Assembly (NCBI GenBank): GCA_963925935.1
Contig: CAWUWF010000020.1
Coordinates: 1-63,152 of the forward strand
Length of the DNA: 63,152 nt
Direction: 5' to 3'
Source of the DNA: an uncultured Arenicella sp.
GTDB lineage: Bacteria > Pseudomonadota > Gammaproteobacteria > Arenicellales > Arenicellaceae
The position numbers and the translations under genes are program-made. The notes beneath the pieces were generated by a model. The model did not search any database. It was not told the origin of the DNA and worked only from the letters and a program-made list of their open reading frames with translations. Shown here in pieces: positions 55,700-63,152 of the stretch; the first letter of the stretch is position 1, and each line of letters opens with the position of its first letter.

Positions 55700-56546
55700 T
55701 ATCACAATCACCAACGGCACCATCAAACTAGCGGTATCGGTACATGGGCCGAACCGAGCACCCAATGTGCTATGCCTGCATGGTATTAGCGGTAGCCGTG
55801 ACACCTGGTATGAAACGGTCGATCGTTTAAGAGATCGGTTTCGGGTCTGGACCTTAGATTTTCGTGGCCATGGGTATAGTGACCGTGCGCAACGCTATTT
55901 AGTAGAAGACTACACCAGCGACGCACAGGCCGTTCTAGGCCATATCGGCCAGCCGACTATTGTAGTAGGCCATTCTTTGGGTGGTATCGTCGCGGTACGC
56001 TTGGCGCAATACACAAACAAGAACGTTCGAGCGGTATTTCTTGAAGACCCGCCAATGTATTTGAATGAAAAAGCTGAGTGGGACAAAACCATTTTGTCTA
56101 GAGCCTTCCCAATTTTGCGAGCGCAACAAATCAAAATGCAAGACGCCGGCGCGGATTTTAAAACATTCCTGGAATTTGCTACGAACAGCTTGGCCATCCA
56201 AGGCGGCGTTATCGGCGATCACCAAACTCAGAGGCACCTAGACAGCAACGGATCAGCGTTACAACGCAATGACCCCAATTGCTGGGAACCTGCTCTAAAT
56301 ATGTCTATGCTCGGCGCAATGGATACGTCCTTAGTTCTAAAGGTTCCCGTCAAGTTATTGCAAGCCGATCATTCACTAGGCCCGGCCCTTTTGGCGGGTC
56401 ATGAGCTGCGGTTTAAGAAGAGCAATCCCAAGGCTGAGGTGGTGACTTATGCGGGAGCCCCGCATCGTATTCATGCAACTGCTGCGACCGAAGGCAGATT
56501 TCTTGATGATCTGGACGCTTTTGTGACTCAACATGCGGTCACCTAG
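55692..56546 (+). CDS. Alpha/beta fold hydrolase
   Basis: LHG, DFRGHGYS, GHSLGG, LEDPP and a C-terminal His (PHRIH); 8-nt overlap with the upstream gene. Confidence 0.9.
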   Translation: MTDITITNGTIKLAVSVHGPNRAPNVLCLHGISGSRDTWYETVDRLRDRFRVWTLDFRGHGYSDRAQRYLVEDYTSDAQAVLGHIGQPTIVVGHSLGGIVAVRLAQYTNKNVRAVFLEDPPMYLNEKAEWDKTILSRAFPILRAQQIKMQDAGADFKTFLEFATNSLAIQGGVIGDHQTQRHLDSNGSALQRNDPNCWEPALNMSMLGAMDTSLVLKVPVKLLQADHSLGPALLAGHELRFKKSNPKAEVVTYAGAPHRIHATAATEGRFLDDLDAFVTQHAVT

Positions 56547-56576
56547 TAAGGTTTGAATTTGTAATACGGAGAATTA

Positions 56577-57473
56577 ATGAAAATTTCGACTAAAGCTTTA
56601 ATCAGCCTACTAGGGCTTGGCTTAGCAGTTCTGGCGCATACCAACTGCTTGGACAAGGTGGGCTTACACAAAACCGAAGAGGGTTTAAACCGAGCTCTGG
56701 TAACTTACGGAGTATCCCGAGGATTGAATGGAGTGATTTCTGTGGTTCAGGGCACAGAGGTTGCAATTGAACCCGTCGGCATTGGTATGACCTTTACCCC
56801 TGGGCAAATTCTCGATCCGATAAATGATTTAATAGAGCGGTTTTCGACCATTGTCTTGATTAGCGGAACAGCCTTTGGAATTCAGCGAGTATTCTTGGAA
56901 ATCACTTCCACCACAGGCTTTTCAGTGTTCGTAAGTTTTGTCACAATATTGGCTCTGGTTTTGATGTGGTTTGGCCGAGCAAAGTTTTCGAGATGGCAAA
57001 ATCCAGCCTATAAAATAGCCATCATTTGTATAATAGTGCGCTTTAGTGTGCCGGTCATGGCGATCGCGGGTGAAAAGTTCTATCAGGTATTCCTTGCGCC
57101 ACAGTTTGAAACGTCGAGTCAGCAATTATTAGTCACAACTGAGCAATTAGAAAACATTCAACAACAAGCAGAGCCCAGTTCAGGCCCTACTAATGGTGAA
57201 AGCCAGAAAAGTTTGCTTGAGAGCGCGCGTGAGCTTTATCGTTCAGCGACAAATAGCCTCAATGTACGTCAACATCTAGATGACTTCAAAGCGGTCGCTG
57301 AAAATATAAGTGAGCACGCGATCAGATTGGTCGTGGTGTTTATATTTCAGACAATCATTCTACCTTTGGCTTCGATTTGGCTTATCCTAAAGACCTTGAA
57401 GTGGGTGGCTTTAAAAAAACCGAGTCCTCGCGATCAGCCTTTGCTAGGCTCCAATCAAAGTAAGTTACTTTAG
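56577..57473 (+). CDS. Hypothetical membrane protein
   Basis: Several hydrophobic segments; SRGLNGVISVVQGT and GQILDPINDLIERFS blocks; GGAG RBS. Confidence 0.8.
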   Translation: MKISTKALISLLGLGLAVLAHTNCLDKVGLHKTEEGLNRALVTYGVSRGLNGVISVVQGTEVAIEPVGIGMTFTPGQILDPINDLIERFSTIVLISGTAFGIQRVFLEITSTTGFSVFVSFVTILALVLMWFGRAKFSRWQNPAYKIAIICIIVRFSVPVMAIAGEKFYQVFLAPQFETSSQQLLVTTEQLENIQQQAEPSSGPTNGESQKSLLESARELYRSATNSLNVRQHLDDFKAVAENISEHAIRLVVVFIFQTIILPLASIWLILKTLKWVALKKPSPRDQPLLGSNQSKLL

Positions 57474-57500
57474 ATACATTCTATTAAATCAGTAAAATTT

Positions 57501-58496
57501 ATGACTCTAACGCTATCCGTTCTTGACCAATCGATTAATCGTGCCCCCGATCAAGCTCACCAAGCATTGCAAGAAACCCTGCAAATGGCGCAATGGTGTG
57601 AGCAGCTGGGTTACCGACGGTTTTGGGTGTCTGAACATCATGCCTTCCCGACCATTGCGGGTAGCGCACCAGAAGTTTTATTAGCAGCCTTGGGCGCGCT
57701 AACGAAAACCATTCGGCTAGGCTCCGGCGGCATTATGTTGCCGCACTATAGTGCGTATAAAGTGGCCGAAGCGTTTTCGGTATTGGCCAACCTATACCCA
57801 GATCGAATTGATCTTGGGGTCGGGCGTGCGCCAGGCGCAGATATGGCCACGGCGATGGCGCTAGCCACTGATGGTCGCCCTAAGTTTGAGCGTTTTCCAC
57901 AGTTAGTCGAAGAGCTTAGAAATTACCTTCAAAGCGATGTGCCCGAGCCGATCGTCAGCCCAAAGCCACCTAAAAATCTACCAATTTGGATGTTGGGTTC
58001 CAGTGCCGATAGTGCCCAGCTAGCCGCCCAACGTGGCTTACCGTATAACCTCGGGCTATTCATAAATCCTCAAGCCCCGCCTGAGCTGACTAATTTTTAT
58101 AAGCAATATTTCAAGGCTGGACCGAACTTCGATGAAGCCTACGCCATTGTAACAATGAGCGTCTTTTGTTGTGACACTCAAGAGCAGGCAGAACTTCAGC
58201 AACGCGCATTTGATGTAAATTTTTATTTATATGTTACTGGTCAACGCGGGGCTATCAATGGCGGTGGTCTTTTGACTCCAGAGCAGGCGCGGGACTATCC
58301 AACTAATCCTCAATTAGAAGCGTTTATCTCGTCACGGAGCCAGAACAGAGCCGTCGGAACGCCACAAAAAGTGAAACAAAAAGTCAGCGATATTGCTGAG
58401 CTATATGACGCAGACGAAGTCATGGTGGTCACCAACATGTTCAGTTTTGAGGACCGAAAAAGGTCTTTTGAATTACTTAAGCAAGAGTTTCAATAG
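57501..58496 (+). CDS. Luciferase-like (LLM class) flavin-dependent oxidoreductase, YhbW-like
   Basis: LSVLDQS, FWVSEHH, GSGGIMLPHYS, RIDLGVGRAPG and WMLGSS. Confidence 0.93.
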   Translation: MTLTLSVLDQSINRAPDQAHQALQETLQMAQWCEQLGYRRFWVSEHHAFPTIAGSAPEVLLAALGALTKTIRLGSGGIMLPHYSAYKVAEAFSVLANLYPDRIDLGVGRAPGADMATAMALATDGRPKFERFPQLVEELRNYLQSDVPEPIVSPKPPKNLPIWMLGSSADSAQLAAQRGLPYNLGLFINPQAPPELTNFYKQYFKAGPNFDEAYAIVTMSVFCCDTQEQAELQQRAFDVNFYLYVTGQRGAINGGGLLTPEQARDYPTNPQLEAFISSRSQNRAVGTPQKVKQKVSDIAELYDADEVMVVTNMFSFEDRKRSFELLKQEFQ

Positions 58497-58658
58497 TCGA
58501 TTGTATTTGTCCGCCAATTGTATGCGGCTAGTAAGTAGGCCCCATAAGGTTTTAGATTGCTTAACTCAATCGTTAACCAGCGGATCGATGTTGCCCAAAA
58601 GCTATTCATCGTTTGCTATAGTTCTGTTTGATCATAAGAAACTAGAGCAAAAGAAATT

Positions 58659-60341
58659 ATGAATACACTTAAAACCGTCTCCTGCCTTGTATTAATCGCG
58701 TTAGCAAGTGCTTGTGGTGACAAGCAATCAACTAATGAGCCGCGGGCGGTTAGTGGGCCCGTTGCCGAAACTGTCGCGATTGAGAAAACCAAGACTCCTT
58801 CACGTTTCGACATCTACGCCAAGGTGCGTTTAAGCGCAGATCTTAGTCATCTAAGTGACAATCAAAGGGAAATGATTGGTTTGTTAATTGCCGCGGCTAA
58901 AGTCACCGACGAAATTTTTTGGCTGCAGGTGTGGGGCAATAAGAACGAATTACTGAACAGTATTGACGACCCTAAGGCTCGACAATTTGCAGACTATAAC
59001 TATGGCCCATGGGATCGTCTAGATGCAGACAAGCCATTTATTGCGGAATATGGTGAGCGGCCAAAGGGGGCTCGCTTTTACCCAAGTGATATGAGCAAAG
59101 AAGAATTCGACGCATGGGAGCAAGAGGGTAAGGATGGCTTGTATTCAATTGTGACTCGCAACGCACAAGGCGAATTAACGTTGGTATCGTACAACGATGC
59201 TTATGCTGATCAGATCAGCAAGATTTCCGGATTATTGATTGAAGCGGCAGCGCTAGCGGATGACCCCGAGTTCGCGAATTACTTAAGCATGCGCGCCGCG
59301 GCATTGACTAGCGGCGATTACCAAGCGTCTGATATGGCCTGGATGGACATGAAGAACAATCCGGTTGAAGTCGTTATCGGCCCCATCGAGACCTACCAAG
59401 ATGCTCTATACGGTTATCGCGCAGCGTTTGAAACGTTTGTATTGATCAAGGATCAGGCATGGAGTGAGCGTCTAGCGCGCTTTGTAAAATATATGCCTGA
59501 GCTACAGCAAGGTTTGCCGGTAGCCGATGCTTATAAGGTTGAGGTTCCCGGTTCAGAGGCCGATTTAAACGCCTACGATATGGCCTATTGTGCCGGTGAC
59601 TGTAATTCTGGGTCCAAGACGATTGCAATTAATCTGCCAAACGATGAGCTGGTGCAATTAGCAAAGGGCACCAGACGGCTGCAAATAAAAAATTCGATGC
59701 GCGCAAAATTTGACCAAATTCTGCAACCCATTTCTGAGCAGTTAATTGCTCAAGACCAACGTCAGCATATTACCTTCGATGCTTTCTTTGCAAACACCAT
59801 GTTTCATGAAGTTGCTCACGGCTTGGGAATCAAAAATACTCTGAATGGCTCGGGCACAGTACGTGGTGCGCTAAAAGAACATGCCTCGGCCTTGGAAGAA
59901 GGCAAAGCCGACATCCTCGGCGTTTATATGATTCAACGGTTACGTGACAAAGGCGAAATAACCGAAGGCCAATTGATGGATAACTACGTTACCTTCTTGG
60001 CGGGTATCTTTCGTTCAATTCGTTTTGGTGCGAGCAGCGCTCACGGGCGGGCGAATATGATTCGGTTCAACTATTTTAGCCAAGCCGGTGCATTTTCACG
60101 CGACTCAGTTACTGGCACATACCGAGTAAACCTAATGCAATTCGAAAAAGCCATTGCCAGCTTAAGTAATGATTTACTGGTTTTACAAGGCGATGGAGAT
60201 TACGCTAAAGTAACTGACTTTGTTGCCACCATGGGCAATAAAGGTGGGCAATTAGATGCCGACTTAGCTCGTTTAGACGCTATCCGTATTCCAGTAGACA
60301 TTGTTTATGAACAGGGTACGCAAGCGCTTGGTTTGGACTAA
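58659..60341 (+). CDS. M49 family (dipeptidyl peptidase III-like) zinc peptidase, lipoprotein
   Basis: Lipobox LASA-C, IGPIETY, AINLPND, HEVAHGLG and EEGKAD. Confidence 0.85.
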   Translation: MNTLKTVSCLVLIALASACGDKQSTNEPRAVSGPVAETVAIEKTKTPSRFDIYAKVRLSADLSHLSDNQREMIGLLIAAAKVTDEIFWLQVWGNKNELLNSIDDPKARQFADYNYGPWDRLDADKPFIAEYGERPKGARFYPSDMSKEEFDAWEQEGKDGLYSIVTRNAQGELTLVSYNDAYADQISKISGLLIEAAALADDPEFANYLSMRAAALTSGDYQASDMAWMDMKNNPVEVVIGPIETYQDALYGYRAAFETFVLIKDQAWSERLARFVKYMPELQQGLPVADAYKVEVPGSEADLNAYDMAYCAGDCNSGSKTIAINLPNDELVQLAKGTRRLQIKNSMRAKFDQILQPISEQLIAQDQRQHITFDAFFANTMFHEVAHGLGIKNTLNGSGTVRGALKEHASALEEGKADILGVYMIQRLRDKGEITEGQLMDNYVTFLAGIFRSIRFGASSAHGRANMIRFNYFSQAGAFSRDSVTGTYRVNLMQFEKAIASLSNDLLVLQGDGDYAKVTDFVATMGNKGGQLDADLARLDAIRIPVDIVYEQGTQALGLD

Positions 60342-60466
60342 ACGGTTTTCCTGAAATTGAATTTTCGCGATCATTTGTTAATAAGTTTCATAAAAATGGT
60401 ACTCCAAATCTGTCACAGAAAAGGGTACTATTTAATCCGCAAAAAGTATTATAAAAAGGTTATTTT

Positions 60467-62413
60467 ATGATTACCCATTCCATTCGTCTCGTCGTATTGT
60501 CCCTAACCATATTCGGCTTAAGTGCATGTAGCGACAATAAATCTGAAACGGTTGATTCGCCACAGACGCTTGGCGATGTTGCTGAACAAACAGCGGCCAG
60601 TGTCGAAACGATTGAAGAGGTCATTGCTCCAACAGAGGAGATCGAAGTTGGTAAGGACTATCATTCCTTGTCTAACCCTGATCAGGTATTCGTAAGCCAT
60701 GTATCGCTTGACCTTACAGTGGATTTTAAACTTAAGATTTTGGATGGAACAGCGGAACTTAAGTTCGTTCGAAAAAATCCTAAAGCAAATATGTTGCGGC
60801 TCGACACACGCGATTTAACAATTCATAAAGTCACCAGCGAACAAGGAGATATACCGTTCACTCTGCAACAGCCAGACGGTTTCTTAGGTTCAGCGCTAGA
60901 AATTATGTTGCCTACTGAAGGCAACAAAGTGATGGTCAGCTATTCTACTTCGCCAATGGCATCTGGTTTGCAATGGTTAACGCCGGCTCAAACGGCAGGT
61001 GGCAAGCAACCATTTTTATTCACTCAGGCTCAAGCCATTCACGCGCGTAGCTTTATTCCCTTACAAGATTCTCCGCAAGTGCGTATCACCTACGATGCGA
61101 CCATCCGTACTCCCAAGACATTATTGGCGGTAATGAGCGCCGAGAACGAACCTAATGCCAAGCGCGACGGAGTTTATAAATTCAATATGCCGCAGCCAGT
61201 ACCGTCGTATCTAATAGCGCTAGCGGTAGGCGATTTAGAATTCAAGGCAATGGGTGAACGCACAGGGGTTTATGCAGAGGCAGGAATATTGGATGCTGCG
61301 GTAGCAGAGTTTGAAGATACCGAGTCTATGTTGATCGCCACCGAAGAGCGTTACGGCCCCTATAGTTGGGATCGCTACGACTTATTGATATTGCCACCTT
61401 CATTTCCCTTTGGCGGTATGGAAAACCCACGCTTGTCATTTATCACTCCTACCGTTATTGCTGGCGACAAGAGCTTGGTTTCATTGATCGCGCACGAACT
61501 AGCGCACTCATGGTCAGGCAATACGGTAACCAATGCGACCTGGCGTGATCTTTGGCTAAATGAAGGCTTTACCACCTATCTAACCTATCGAATTATGGAG
61601 ATTGTTTATGGAGCAGACCGTTTTAACATGGAAGCGGTTTTAGGCTATCAAGATCTACAATCCGACATAGATGATCTTGATGACAACGATGAGATACTCG
61701 CAATTGACCTGCGCGGGCGTGATCCGGATGACGTCTTTTCGAATATTCCTTACGAGAAGGGTGCGCTGTTTTTACGCGAAATCGAAACTATGATTGGGCG
61801 CGATAATTTTGATGCATTTCTCACTCAATACTTTAAAGACTTCGCATTTCAAAGCATCACTACCGGGCAGTTTCTTGATTATTTGAAAGAAACTTTATTG
61901 CTGGAGTATCCGGCTAAGTTGAACATCAACCGAATTGAGAAGTGGATATTTGCTCCTGGCATACCAGAAAATGTTCAAATACCTGAGTCAGACGCGTTTA
62001 GCTTAGTTGATGAAGCACGCAGCCTTTGGTTGGCTGGTGAAATAACTGCTGAACAAATAGATACACAAGCTTGGACGGTACATCAATGGCTGTATTTTTT
62101 AAATAATTTACCAGACGAACTTACTCTCGAAAAAATGGCCGAGCTAGATGCGGCCTTCGTATTAACCCAATCCAAGAATAATGAGATTGCTCATAGTTGG
62201 TTGTTGTTAAGCGTTAAGCGTTGGTATCAGCCGGCGCTGCCTAGGCTGCACGAATATCTAACTACAATTGGTCGTAATAAACTGGTTAAGCCTTTATACC
62301 GAGAGCTGGCCAACACTGAAGCGGGTAAAGAACTCGGCAAAAAAGCGTTTGCACAAGCGCGAGCTGGTTATCACCCGCTGACCGTCAAAGCGAATCTAGG
62401 GTTTGTAGAGTAG
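60467..62413 (+). CDS. M1 family aminopeptidase (leukotriene A4 hydrolase-like), lipoprotein
   Basis: Lipobox LSA-C, FPFGGMENP, HELAHSWSGN, WLNEGFT, PYEKG and C-terminal GRNKLVKPLY. Confidence 0.94.
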   Translation: MITHSIRLVVLSLTIFGLSACSDNKSETVDSPQTLGDVAEQTAASVETIEEVIAPTEEIEVGKDYHSLSNPDQVFVSHVSLDLTVDFKLKILDGTAELKFVRKNPKANMLRLDTRDLTIHKVTSEQGDIPFTLQQPDGFLGSALEIMLPTEGNKVMVSYSTSPMASGLQWLTPAQTAGGKQPFLFTQAQAIHARSFIPLQDSPQVRITYDATIRTPKTLLAVMSAENEPNAKRDGVYKFNMPQPVPSYLIALAVGDLEFKAMGERTGVYAEAGILDAAVAEFEDTESMLIATEERYGPYSWDRYDLLILPPSFPFGGMENPRLSFITPTVIAGDKSLVSLIAHELAHSWSGNTVTNATWRDLWLNEGFTTYLTYRIMEIVYGADRFNMEAVLGYQDLQSDIDDLDDNDEILAIDLRGRDPDDVFSNIPYEKGALFLREIETMIGRDNFDAFLTQYFKDFAFQSITTGQFLDYLKETLLLEYPAKLNINRIEKWIFAPGIPENVQIPESDAFSLVDEARSLWLAGEITAEQIDTQAWTVHQWLYFLNNLPDELTLEKMAELDAAFVLTQSKNNEIAHSWLLLSVKRWYQPALPRLHEYLTTIGRNKLVKPLYRELANTEAGKELGKKAFAQARAGYHPLTVKANLGFVE

Positions 62414-62443
62414 CGCTCTTAGCCCAAAAAGCTAACACAGTAA

Positions 62444-62509
62444 ACAACAAGGCCCGACTCGATTGGGCCTTGTTGTGTCAATTGGTTTGATTATCAACGG
62501 CTTGATAAT
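62444..62509. terminator. Two hairpins between convergent genes, probably termination elements
   Basis: ACAACAAGGCCC-N9-GGGCCTTGTTGT (62444-62476) and ATTATCAA-CGGC-TTGATAAT (62490-62509). Confidence 0.6.
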
Positions 62510-62525
62510 ATCTACCGCTAAAGCC

Positions 62526-63152
62526 TTAGCGCCCTCGTACTTGATTGTGTATCCGATAATCGCTACCACCGTTAAATTGCAAGAATGACTTAATACTGGG
62601 TAGCAAGACTTGCACGAAAAGATCCGGTTCATCTGTTTCTAGGTACAAATTATAGATATCCAAAACTCCCGTTTTGCGGTCCATTTTTGCATCCATACGC
62701 CCAGCAAACGCCTGCCCCCATAACAATGGTAAACAAAAGTAGCCGTATTGCCGTTTTGCTGCAGGCACGTAGCATTCAATCCGATAGTCAAAGTTGAACA
62801 GCACTTTGGTCCGCTTGCGCTGTATTAAAAGGTTATCGAATGGCGATAATATTTTAACCTTACTGCGACTCAATGATGTTTTTAAAAGTTGATCTTGGCC
62901 AGCCAACAAGTAATAGCTTTGTTTATTAATTGCCACTCGTTCAAGATGTCCATCCTCCAGCAGTTCTGCACAAAGTTTTTCAATAGCTGGTTTAAGTCCT
63001 TTTCGTAAGTAGGCGATTTGAGCAGGCGTTCCGACCCCGTTTGATCGCAGATAATTATCAATCAGGTGTTGCTGGTATTCGCGGGAACTCGGCGTACTGG
63101 TATCAACTTTATCGGGCAATACACGTTCAGTTAAATCATAAACTTTTTGAAA
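62526..63152 (-). CDS. ycaQ: YcaQ/AlkZ-family winged-helix DNA glycosylase, 5'-truncated by the window
   Basis: The frame is open to the window end (FQKVYDLTERVLP); ILSPFDNL, FNFDYRIECYVPAAKRQYGYF and GRMDAKMDRK. Confidence 0.88.
   Translation of the reverse strand, partial: FQKVYDLTERVLPDKVDTSTPSSREYQQHLIDNYLRSNGVGTPAQIAYLRKGLKPAIEKLCAELLEDGHLERVAINKQSYYLLAGQDQLLKTSLSRSKVKILSPFDNLLIQRKRTKVLFNFDYRIECYVPAAKRQYGYFCLPLLWGQAFAGRMDAKMDRKTGVLDIYNLYLETDEPDLFVQVLLPSIKSFLQFNGGSDYRIHNQVRGR

Overview
Chromosomal window from a Gammaproteobacterium (moderate GC by eye; the Na+-type pyrophosphatase suggests a marine lineage, but taxonomy cannot be fixed from sequence alone). The left half is core genome: mnmG-rsmG-parA-parB, the complete H+-type atpIBEFHAGDC operon, lemA with an M48 peptidase, divergent hppA and ppa, yaeQ, dapF-yigA-xerC, yrfG, glmU-glmS-uvrD and pdxA-rsmA. 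glmUS is inverted and about 16 kb away from its usual place after atpC. The right half is more accessory: an acyl-CoA synthetase, a 46-codon SDR gene remnant missed by the ORF track, argB, two MBL-fold hydrolases, a MOSC protein, a HAD hydrolase, an MMPL transporter, an acetylpolyamine amidohydrolase-like gene cluster, two lipoprotein metallopeptidases and a partial ycaQ-like gene. The most striking feature is a 12.8 kb efflux operon with one outer-membrane factor, one membrane-fusion protein and three tandem, full-length, diverged RND permeases. This is a candidate three-subunit heterotrimeric or modular pump. Also notable is a long structured 5' leader on the Na+-type pyrophosphatase gene. 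I recognised no rRNA, tRNA, CRISPR array, IS element or prophage. All calls come from motif recognition by eye; no searches were run.
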